From assembly GCA_035479415.1 (NCBI GenBank), contig DATIIS010000051.1:19138-83137 (forward strand): a stretch of 64,000 bases of DNA, read 5' to 3'. Position 1 is the first letter of the stretch; each line of letters begins with the position of its first letter. Positions 16,635 to 24,881 of this stretch are shown in pieces. Source of the stretch: Candidatus Saccharimonadales bacterium (lineage in GTDB: Bacteria; Patescibacteriota; Microgenomatia; Levybacterales; UBA12049). The translations under genes were made by a program, and so were the position numbers. The notes under the pieces were generated by a model. It was given only the letters and a program-made list of their open reading frames with translations. It was not told the origin of the DNA and made no database searches.

Positions 16635-17600
16635 CTAGATCAGTGACACGAGGTGGTTGAGGAGCTCCTGATAATCAGACATACCCAGACAAATTCCGTT
16701 GTCTCCACTACCATAGTACACATAGAGATTCTCGCCAAAGACTACTGCTCCTTCAGGAAATGCAACATGATCCACTACCCCATGTGTCTCACGTTCTGTT
16801 TCGGGTTTGAGAATATGATCAACATTTGCCAGAATCTTGCGTGGGTCATGTAAATCTAAGAGAGCTGCACTAATTGACCACTCGGTATGGTCGTCAACGG
16901 TACTCAAAGCGCTGTAGATAAAGAGCCATCCATGAGGAGTTTTGATTGGTACTGCTCCAACTTCATTTCCCCGGCCATCACTCGGTCTGAAAACGACTTG
17001 ATTTTCGTATTCTTCATTTACAATCCGGTTCATTCTTTCCTGGTTGGGATAAAATAAATCATACAGGTCATCAAACTGAACCATCATAATTGTCGCTTTG
17101 GGACTTTCGAGTTCAAAGGTGAAAAGCATTGTATATTTTCCATTAATTTTTTCAGGGAAAAGACATGCTGCTTTTGAGAAGATGTCAGGCCCAACTATGC
17201 CATGCTTTCTCCAATGGACAAAATCTTTACTGGTTGCAAGTGCAATTCTCACCTTTTGTTCTTCGTGTCCACCGACAGCCGTGTAATAAAGATAATAGAC
17301 GCCGTCAATTTTGGTGACACGAGGGTCTTCACATCCCATGCCATTTTCATAACTTTCTGTTGGAGCAATAAGTGGCTCTTCAAAACGCTCAAAATGCATG
17401 CCATCAACACTCTCTGCATATCCTATGGAGGAGACATATGAGCCTGGCTGGTCAGGATGGATATCATTGGTTGCGCGATACACCATCTTGAAGAATCCGT
17501 TTTCGTGGATTACTCCTGGATTGAGGACTGATCCTTTCTCCCAATCATGACTTTCATCTTTTTCAAGAATAGGATCTCCGCGAAAACGCTTTAATTTCAT
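16635..17600 (-). CDS. glycoside hydrolase family 130 (beta-mannoside phosphorylase/hydrolase, DUF377)
   Basis: NPGVIHENGFFKMVYRA, IGYAESVDGMHFER and EDPRVTKIDGVYYLYYTA are present. ATG 17600 (MKLKRFRGDPIL) is preferred over the TTG at 17636. Confidence 0.8.
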   Translation of the reverse strand: MKLKRFRGDPILEKDESHDWEKGSVLNPGVIHENGFFKMVYRATNDIHPDQPGSYVSSIGYAESVDGMHFERFEEPLIAPTESYENGMGCEDPRVTKIDGVYYLYYTAVGGHEEQKVRIALATSKDFVHWRKHGIVGPDIFSKAACLFPEKINGKYTMLFTFELESPKATIMMVQFDDLYDLFYPNQERMNRIVNEEYENQVVFRPSDGRGNEVGAVPIKTPHGWLFIYSALSTVDDHTEWSISAALLDLHDPRKILANVDHILKPETERETHGVVDHVAFPEGAVVFGENLYVYYGSGDNGICLGMSDYQELLNHLVSLI

Positions 17601-17682
17601 ATATTTATTGAACACCAATGAAGACTCGCTTGTCAAGTAAATAATGTATGAAATAACTTGAAATTTATGATAGTATTTATCT

Positions 17683-18228
17683 ATGGCAGAAGGCGAACCT
17701 GGATCATCGCTACCCGGTGGCGATAACCTTAAACTTACTATAAATCCACCAAGAAAAACCTCAGAAGGTCCCAGGGGGGTATTGCGAAGTTCTGTAGGAG
17801 CTGAACCCCAATCCTCAAACAGATTTACTGGAAGTCTTGCGGGGAAAGATGCTGCTGGCCCTTCAGAGGCTGGTTTAGCTGATCCTTATAGAATAATTCC
17901 GGGAGAAGATACACTTCGTTATAGTAAGGATGGTAAGGGCGGAGTTAGAGTATACGCTCAGCGAGAAGGTCAACCTGAAGCAGATATAACAGAGTTACTA
18001 TCTGAAGGTTCAGTTGTCCAGACAACTGATAGTGGCCCTAGGAGCTGGTCAATTATTGGATTAATTCCTCAGCCTGATGGAGATTTGTCATTGCGACTTG
18101 AAGATTTTTCAGATGACGGCCGTACAAGAAATGTAAATGGTATAACTCTTAGCCGATTAGTAGAAGAAGACGGAGACTGGCGTTTGTCTACTCCGCAGAG
18201 TGAAGAAAAAGATATAGTTTCCTCTTAA
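17683..18228 (+). CDS. hypothetical protein (Gly/Pro/Ser-rich N-half, ~100-aa C-domain)
   Basis: 181 aa. ATG lies 6 nt after TAGTAT (17671-17676). No TM or signal peptide and no motif recognised. Confidence 0.45.
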   Translation: MAEGEPGSSLPGGDNLKLTINPPRKTSEGPRGVLRSSVGAEPQSSNRFTGSLAGKDAAGPSEAGLADPYRIIPGEDTLRYSKDGKGGVRVYAQREGQPEADITELLSEGSVVQTTDSGPRSWSIIGLIPQPDGDLSLRLEDFSDDGRTRNVNGITLSRLVEEDGDWRLSTPQSEEKDIVSS

Positions 18229-18238
18229 CCTACTATGT

Positions 18239-19597
18239 CTACAATTCCCTTTTCAAAATTTCCGGATAGGTATCGTTGACCTTTAAAATCAATTCTCCGA
18301 AGAGTGAATTAACCCATGCAAACCAGTGACGGGTATAGTGATGCGCGTTATCTACATCCACACTCTCATGCATAAAAAATGTGCCACCATGTGTCCGTTT
18401 CAAGGTCGAGAGACATTCAACAATCTCTTTTTCATCATCTGAGGTGAGCGCCTGCATGATGGTGGCCATGGGCCAGAAATGATCACAAACTCCAACATGT
18501 GGAGATGTCAGACCACAGGCGACTTCTCCTTTGGCGAAAAAAGAATTCCACCTGCTCAGTATTAGTTTGCGTGTATTTTGGTAGACTTCGTCATCATTTG
18601 AACAATAGCCAAGATACGGAAGACTCAGTAGACTCGGGATATTTGGATCATCCATGATACAACTTGAGCCATATCCATCAACCTCGTATGCAAATATCTT
18701 TCCGTATTTTTTATGTTCTACAATTCCATACTCTTTTATCCCCTCATCCATCTGGTCTGCGAGTTTGGAGGCGAGTTTGGCTGTCTCACCTGCTGAAATC
18801 TCCTCAAAAAGCGGTTTCAATTTTTTGAGATAGACAACTGCCATCGCATTTGCTGGGATAAGATATGGGAAAACATTTTCATCATCTGACGGCCTAAATA
18901 CACAGCGAGAGAGTCCGCAATGTTTGCCGGGATAACCGTAGCCTTCAAGTCTGACTGCTGGATGAAGATGTCCTGAAGGGGTTGTGAAATGATATAACAA
19001 TTCGTGAGTTTGTCTATCAAGTGTATTTTGTTCGGTATGGATCACATCAAGGGTGCGGTTCATTGCATGAATCCAGGAATTATCAAATGGAGATAAATCG
19101 TGAGTCTCGTTATAATATCCGAAAGAGAGACGATAAAAAGCTGCGAGACTATCAAGTTCATATTTTCTTTCAAATACTTCTACTTTGTGATCATGAATTT
19201 CTCTTTTGAAGGCGTTGGCGTATGGGTCGGAATTGATACACATAACAAGTCTATGCAAAAGTCCAATAAAAAGTTTTTTAATTTCCTCATCTTTTGATGC
19301 GTATTGTAAATATGGCCAGACTTGATTGACACTATCCCGAAGCCACATGGCAGGGATATCACCAGTTACCACAAACGTATCAGGACGGCTGTCGTGCTCC
19401 GAATGATATACTGTCGTATCAAGTGTATTGGGGAGGCACTGGCCAAACATTCTTCGTATATCCTCATCACCAATGGCCTCTGAAACTTTTTCGATTACGT
19501 TCTCTATTGTTTCATTTCGGAACAGTCGGTCATGCGGTTCAGGTCGCGCATTAAAGTGAGAAAAGTTTTGTAATTCCTCTGGATTTTTGTAAGGCAT
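18239..19597 (-). CDS. glycoside hydrolase family 125 (metal-independent exo-alpha-1,6-mannosidase, DUF1237)
   Basis: 452 aa. VVTGDIPAMWLRDSVNQVWPYL is the GH125 hallmark as recalled. Confidence 0.8.
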   Translation of the reverse strand: MPYKNPEELQNFSHFNARPEPHDRLFRNETIENVIEKVSEAIGDEDIRRMFGQCLPNTLDTTVYHSEHDSRPDTFVVTGDIPAMWLRDSVNQVWPYLQYASKDEEIKKLFIGLLHRLVMCINSDPYANAFKREIHDHKVEVFERKYELDSLAAFYRLSFGYYNETHDLSPFDNSWIHAMNRTLDVIHTEQNTLDRQTHELLYHFTTPSGHLHPAVRLEGYGYPGKHCGLSRCVFRPSDDENVFPYLIPANAMAVVYLKKLKPLFEEISAGETAKLASKLADQMDEGIKEYGIVEHKKYGKIFAYEVDGYGSSCIMDDPNIPSLLSLPYLGYCSNDDEVYQNTRKLILSRWNSFFAKGEVACGLTSPHVGVCDHFWPMATIMQALTSDDEKEIVECLSTLKRTHGGTFFMHESVDVDNAHHYTRHWFAWVNSLFGELILKVNDTYPEILKREL

Positions 19598-19655
19598 AGT
19601 ATTATTGTAGCACTCTGGACTTTACTTTTGTTCCAAAGACTGAAATACTTACTAT

Positions 19656-19796
19656 ATGAGTGAAGAAGAAGTACAACCGCAGGAACAACAACCAAAAAAA
19701 GAAGAGCGAGTTGATGAACTCGATGTTATTGGTGGGTTATTGATAAGATTTATTCAAAAATTTATAAAAATGTTCAAAAAGGGAAATTCATCCTAA
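19656..19796 (+). CDS. candidate 46-aa small protein (acidic N-half, amphipathic basic C-helix)
   Basis: MSEEEVQPQEQQPKKEERVDELDVIGGLLIRFIQKFIKMFKKGNSS. An 8-bp hairpin, TTTATCTG-CTT-CAGATAAA, follows about 16 nt downstream. Absent from the ORF track because it is under 60 aa. Confidence 0.3.
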   Translation: MSEEEVQPQEQQPKKEERVDELDVIGGLLIRFIQKFIKMFKKGNSS

Positions 19797-19908
19797 CGAT
19801 AAAATATAGGAGGGTCTTTATCTGCTTCAGATAAAAATTTAAAGTCATCTATTCCTTGACAAAGAGCCTAGGATACGCAAATATAGATAATGTAGAGCCT
19901 TTTGATAA

Positions 19909-20904
19909 ATGGAAAATAAAGATCAATCATCTCCTTCTTCAAATTCTGAACCTGTTTCAGAGGTAAATTCAATTTCTTCACCTCAAAATTCAACAACAAA
20001 TCCTTCCACTCCGACAGATGTCAACAAATCATCTACACCTGAATCTGTATCATCATTTTCATCACCTACTACACCATCGACACCTCCTCCATCTCAACCA
20101 GCCTCTGGAAAACACTTCCCATGGGTCATACTACTTATTATCTTATTGTTGGGGTTCTTGTCTTTCGCTGCTTTTTATTTTCATACACAACTTCAGAAAA
20201 TGGCAAATCCTTCCACTACATCTAATCAAACAACTACTACTACATTGCCAAAGACACTCGTTATCGGTATAGATCCGACTTTTCAACCTATGGAATATAC
20301 ACAGAATGGAAAAATGGTAGGATATGATGTTGATTTAGCAAATTTATTATCTAAGCAACTTGGAGTAAAAGTAGTTTTTAAAAATATTATTTTTGACAAT
20401 CTTTTTACAGCTCTTCAGAATCAACAAATCAATATGATTATCTCCGCCGTAACAATTACTCCTGAAAGACAGAAAAAATATGATTTTTCAGAAGCCTATT
20501 TGAACGCAGGACAAGTTATCATTACGCAAAAGAATAATGTCCTTATAAAATCACCCACGGATCTTAAGGGCAAAAAGATAGGTGTCCAACAAGGAACAAC
20601 TGATGAATCAGAGGCACTTAAATATACGTCACAGGACCTTGTTATCCGATATGCAGATTTTGTCCAGGCAACAAAAGCACTGGTTGATGGAAAAGTTGAT
20701 GCGATAGTAACCGATTTGCCAAGTGCTCAAGGAATTGTTTCAACAAATCCAACGTTAAAAATATCAAGTGATCCTTTTACCAATGATTATTATGGAATTG
20801 TATTTCGAAAAGGTGATCCAAATGTAAAGCAAATAAATAAAGCACTTGATTCTTTGCGTGTACGCGGATTTTTAACCGATCTTAAACATAAATGGTTGGA
20901 TTAA
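19909..20904 (+). CDS. amino-acid-type substrate-binding protein (SBP_bac_3) with Ser/Thr/Pro-rich cytoplasmic tail and TM anchor
   Basis: LVIGIDPTFQPMEY..GYDVDLANLL..ISAVTITPERQKKYDFSEAY is a type 2 periplasmic binding fold. About 75 low-complexity residues precede the TM. Confidence 0.75.
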   Translation: MENKDQSSPSSNSEPVSEVNSISSPQNSTTNPSTPTDVNKSSTPESVSSFSSPTTPSTPPPSQPASGKHFPWVILLIILLLGFLSFAAFYFHTQLQKMANPSTTSNQTTTTTLPKTLVIGIDPTFQPMEYTQNGKMVGYDVDLANLLSKQLGVKVVFKNIIFDNLFTALQNQQINMIISAVTITPERQKKYDFSEAYLNAGQVIITQKNNVLIKSPTDLKGKKIGVQQGTTDESEALKYTSQDLVIRYADFVQATKALVDGKVDAIVTDLPSAQGIVSTNPTLKISSDPFTNDYYGIVFRKGDPNVKQINKALDSLRVRGFLTDLKHKWLD

Positions 20905-20916
20905 ATTACAAAATGA

Positions 20917-22803
20917 ATGAAACTGTCCATACGTCGTAAACTACTTATTGGTTTTACTCTCCTTCTAGTTTTGGCGTTTATTATTCAAGGTTTTTCTTTT
21001 GGAATTGTCGAACAATATATCTCCTCTGAAATAACTGCGCTTCAAGAAGTAGAAGCCAAAGATGCAGGAACTGATATCTTAAATTTTTTTACAAAGCTTA
21101 ATTCTGAAAGTCTAGGACTTGCGCAAAGTTATAACAAAGATCGCGGAAATTTTGTAACTGTATCCCAATATACTCTTAAAAATAACAATTTCATACAAGA
21201 AATTACTATTCTTTCACTCCTTGGGCATGAGCTTGTTCAGGTTAATCCTTCGGGACAAGTTGAGGCTGATAAGCTTTCTTATGAAGTATATAGTGAACCC
21301 TTCAAATCTGCAGTAGCTGGTATCCCTGCAATCTCCCAGGTATATTATCTTGGAAGTAATTCAGAGCCTTATATTGATACGTTTTATCCAATTCTTGGCG
21401 ATAGACACACTATTGTAGGCGTTGTGAAAATGCAAGTGAATTTGAATCAATTACGAAGTGAACTTGCTCATGTACGATTAGGCAATAATGGTTATGTGTA
21501 TGTTGTCGATAATGATGGTGTCCTTATCTCTCATCCATCTCAAGCATATGTGTTGGAGAGACCTCTTCTTTCTTCACGAAAAGTTATTGCAAACGCACTT
21601 TCCAATACTCCATCATCCTTTAAAGATGAACAATATACCAACGAAAAAAATGTAGCAGTTGTTGCAAAAGCTGTAAGGATTTCTGATTATAATTGGGTTG
21701 CGATTTTTGAACAACCTACATCCGAAGCATTTAGTTTCTTAACATTTATTAAAAATCTTTTTGTAGTTACCGTTGGAATTTCTTTTCTTTTTCTTTTGTT
21801 AATTGCTCTTTTTCTGAGTGAAAATCTTACAAGACCAATAAGGAAATTACAGGAATATGTTGAGAAAGGACAAGTGGGCAAAATTATCAGTATTAAAAGT
21901 GGAGATGAAATTGAATCCTTATCTCATTCATTCGCATCTCTTGTAGATCAACTGTTATTACGAGAACATATGGTGGTAAAAGTTTCTTCAGAACTCAAAG
22001 CTGCAAATGAAAAACTAAAAGTATTGGATAAATTGAAAACCGAATTTGTCTCTGTCGCATCTCATGAACTTAGGACACCCATGACAGCAATCAAATCATA
22101 TCTTTGGATGGCACTTAAAGGAAAAGGTGGAGAGCTCAATGAAAGACAACGATTTTACATAGAACGAAGTTACAATTCTGTTGATAGGCTAGGCAGATTG
22201 GTAAATGATATGCTCAATATCTCCCGAATCGAATCAGGACATATCACAATTGATTTTCAAGCGGTTGATTTGCATAAAGTAGCTCAAGAAGTTATTGATG
22301 AAGTTCTGCCTCGTGCTGGAGAATTAGGTGTCTTTGTCTCCATGCAAAAAATGAATTCATCGCCGATAGTACTTGCTGATCCTGATAAAATAAAAGAAGT
22401 ACTTTTCAATCTCATCGGTAACTCATTGAAATTTACTGAACGTGGCGGGAAAATTATTGTCAGCTTTGTTCAAAAAGATTCTATGATTGAAACAATAGTA
22501 AGAGATACAGGTATGGGCATTGCCACAGAAGATATTGGGAAGCTGTTCCAGAAATTTGGAATTCTTCCAGGCACTTATATTACTAACCAAACAGCTATGG
22601 GGACAGGTTTGGGTCTTTATATTTGCCGATCGATTATCGATCTTCATCACGGAGAAATTAAGGTCAAATCTGAAGGTAAAGGAAAAGGTGCGACATTTAT
22701 TTTTTCATTGAAAAAATTTAAAGATGCTGATTTAGAATATATTAAAAATCAACAAGCTGATGAAAAAAAAGATAAAGTTGGCTTAATCCACGCTAAATTA
22801 TAA
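20917..22803 (+). CDS. sensor histidine kinase (extracytoplasmic Cache-like domain, HAMP, HisKA, HATPase_c)
   Basis: 628 aa, 2 TM. H-box SVASHELRTPMTAI, N box NLIGNSLKFT, G boxes DTGMGI and GTGLGLYICRSI. Confidence 0.8.
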   Translation: MKLSIRRKLLIGFTLLLVLAFIIQGFSFGIVEQYISSEITALQEVEAKDAGTDILNFFTKLNSESLGLAQSYNKDRGNFVTVSQYTLKNNNFIQEITILSLLGHELVQVNPSGQVEADKLSYEVYSEPFKSAVAGIPAISQVYYLGSNSEPYIDTFYPILGDRHTIVGVVKMQVNLNQLRSELAHVRLGNNGYVYVVDNDGVLISHPSQAYVLERPLLSSRKVIANALSNTPSSFKDEQYTNEKNVAVVAKAVRISDYNWVAIFEQPTSEAFSFLTFIKNLFVVTVGISFLFLLLIALFLSENLTRPIRKLQEYVEKGQVGKIISIKSGDEIESLSHSFASLVDQLLLREHMVVKVSSELKAANEKLKVLDKLKTEFVSVASHELRTPMTAIKSYLWMALKGKGGELNERQRFYIERSYNSVDRLGRLVNDMLNISRIESGHITIDFQAVDLHKVAQEVIDEVLPRAGELGVFVSMQKMNSSPIVLADPDKIKEVLFNLIGNSLKFTERGGKIIVSFVQKDSMIETIVRDTGMGIATEDIGKLFQKFGILPGTYITNQTAMGTGLGLYICRSIIDLHHGEIKVKSEGKGKGATFIFSLKKFKDADLEYIKNQQADEKKDKVGLIHAKL

Positions 22804-22852
22804 GCGATAATTATTAATAGCAATTTATTCTCAAACTAATTATAATATGTGA

Positions 22853-23878
22853 ATGAAAGTAAAACGTTTTTTGTTGATTCTGGATGCTCTTATTATCTGC
22901 GTTTTACTTTTTGTCCTTATTTTATTCTTTTTTTCTCATAGCAATAAAGGCTCTTTTGTCCCTTATAAAACTGCTGATGAAACAGTCCTCGTAGGTCCTC
23001 AATACAAAACTATTAGTGATAGCCTGATCACAACAGTCAACAAAGAAGGTCCGCATGCGGCTATTGCTCAATTACGAAACGAGATGCAAAAGGATCCCAA
23101 AGTGCTTAGTTCGTGTCATGAATTATTTCATATCATCGGCCGCGCATCATATAATAAATATAATAATTTTTCAAAAGCGATGCTGTATCGAGATGATACC
23201 TGTGTCTCAGGATATGTGCATGGAGTAATTGAAGCCTATTCCTGGCAAAATAAAAACAATAACAATTTAATGTCTCTTTGCAATGATACTCCACGGGGGA
23301 AATACAGTAGGTGGTCGTGTATTCATGGGATAGGACACGGCCTTATGTTCTCTTCAAAAAGCAATGTCCCTTACGCTATCCAAAAATGTACAGAATTCAA
23401 AACATTTTCTGATCAAGATGCTTGTTATAGTGGAGTTTATATGCAAAATTTCAATTTTGATCCTGACGACAATCCTTCGAAATATGTAAGTTTTACTGAC
23501 CCTTTCCAAGCTTGTAGACTTTCTTCAAATCATCTCGATGAGTGTTATGTCAATGCACCTCTTTTTTATCTTAATTATCGCCCTGGAGATTTCACAGGAG
23601 CCACTAAATGGTGTGGCAATGTCCCACTGCTCTATCAAAAAAATTGTTATGAAGGAGTTGGTTCACAAATTGCTGCTCAACTATTCTCTTCTCCTCATAA
23701 GGTTGAATTACTTTGTGATCATAGTCCCAATGTTTCTGCTTGTTTGACAGGAATGATGAGTTGGTACATTGATTATTATGCTGCGCTCAATCCAGCAGAA
23801 AAAATTTGCCCCACATTTAATTCTTCTGATCAAAAAATATGCAATCAAGTAATTGCCAATACATCTTCAATGTTTTAA
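22853..23878 (+). CDS. N-terminally anchored protein with about seven C-x-x-G helix repeats
   Basis: 341 aa. ATG lies 6 nt after TATAAT (22841-22846). Repeats: CHELFHIIG, CVSGYVHG, CIHGIGHG, CYSGVYM, CYVNAPL, CYEGVGS, CLTGMMS. Confidence 0.5.
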   Translation: MKVKRFLLILDALIICVLLFVLILFFFSHSNKGSFVPYKTADETVLVGPQYKTISDSLITTVNKEGPHAAIAQLRNEMQKDPKVLSSCHELFHIIGRASYNKYNNFSKAMLYRDDTCVSGYVHGVIEAYSWQNKNNNNLMSLCNDTPRGKYSRWSCIHGIGHGLMFSSKSNVPYAIQKCTEFKTFSDQDACYSGVYMQNFNFDPDDNPSKYVSFTDPFQACRLSSNHLDECYVNAPLFYLNYRPGDFTGATKWCGNVPLLYQKNCYEGVGSQIAAQLFSSPHKVELLCDHSPNVSACLTGMMSWYIDYYAALNPAEKICPTFNSSDQKICNQVIANTSSMF

Positions 23879-24052
23879 TTTATATCCTCACTAAAAAATA
23901 TTTAGGCCGCTAATTTTAGAAGTTATTTAATAAGAAAAATAAGAATTTACATTAAAAATTCGACATTATTCATGCTTCAGCTATATTATAACTATCGGTT
24001 AATATTTGCTACTGGACAAGACTATAGAAAAAATTGTATTTAATAGAGTCAC

Positions 24053-24753
24053 ATGCGACAATCGAAAACATGGCGTTCACGTTTGGCAACATTGCTCTTT
24101 TGCGTTGCTCTTTTTATCGTTATCTTCAATAGTAATTTTGTTAATAAAGTCCATGCCGCAGGTCCTACTTTTGTTCAAGTGGTTGCGCAGCAACCACAAA
24201 CAGTCAAACAGCCATAACAGTCAAATTCACCAAAGCACAAGTCTCAGGCGATACCAATATCCTTGCAATTGGGTGGGGTGATACTACTTCGGATGTCGCA
24301 AGTGTTACTGACAGCGCGGGGAATACTTATGCATTAGCTGCAGCGACAATACATGGCAGCTCTCAAAGTCAGGCAATTTATTACGCAAAAAATATTGTTG
24401 CCTCAGCAGCGAATGCCAACACTGTGACAGTGACATTTGCAACTCCTGCACAATTTGTCGATCTGCGCGCAAGTGAGTATGGTGGCCTTGACACATCTGC
24501 ACCTTTTGATAAAAGTTCTTCTTCATCCGGTACTGCTGCAACCGCATCAACTGCCTGAGTAACGACAACATCATCTACTGAATTACTCTTTGGCGCTGGC
24601 ACAACATCTGGCGTTTTCACTGCCATCACCAATCCTGATTCAGATATTGTTGAAGATCGTGTAGTAACCTCAACAGATACATATAGTGCTACTGCAAGTC
24701 AAAGTGGAGATGAAGTCATGCAGATAGTTGGTTTCAAAGCTGCCGGACAATAA
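24053..24753 (+). pseudogene. disrupted secreted protein gene (17-nt insertion causing a frameshift, plus an in-frame TGA)
   Basis: The signal peptide frame (MRQSKTWRSRLATLLFCVALFIVIF..VHA/AGPTFVQ) stops at TAA 24215. The body continues in the -1 frame (AITVKFTKAQVSGDTNILAIGWGD..ELLFGAG..VGFKAAGQ*) with a TGA at 24556-24558. A 10-nt direct repeat, AACAGTCAAA, at 24199 and 24216 brackets the extra 17 nt. Confidence 0.6.
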
Positions 24754-24881
24754 CTACTAAAGACTTGGCGATTTTCTAAACCTCATCTTTGTTCACCTTT
24801 TTTATAAATAAATAAGAGCTCAAATACTTTATATTAACTTAATATAATCTTTGCTATACTAATTTTGATGAGTCGCCTCAT

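Noticed and set aside
24556-24558. Alternative genetic code (UGA read as Gly or Trp, codes 25/4), suggested by the in-frame TGA. More generally, stop-codon reassignment suggested by the in-frame TAA and TAG in other genes.
   Set aside because: TGA works as a normal stop in several well-supported genes: ATGA start/stop overlaps at 8079-8082, 9023-9026 and 31210-31213. At the DUF4230 gene (TGA 28604), reading through would run about 40 codons into the convergent gene. The gene with the in-frame TGA also carries a frameshift. TAA and TAG terminate most conserved genes at the expected lengths.
24006-24632. ORF-track ORFs 24006-24281(+), 24305-24574(-) and 24381-24632(-) as genes.
   Set aside because: The third + frame gives a coherent secreted-protein sequence across the whole region, interrupted once by a frameshift and once by TGA. 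The listed ORFs are alternative-frame artefacts of that pseudogene.
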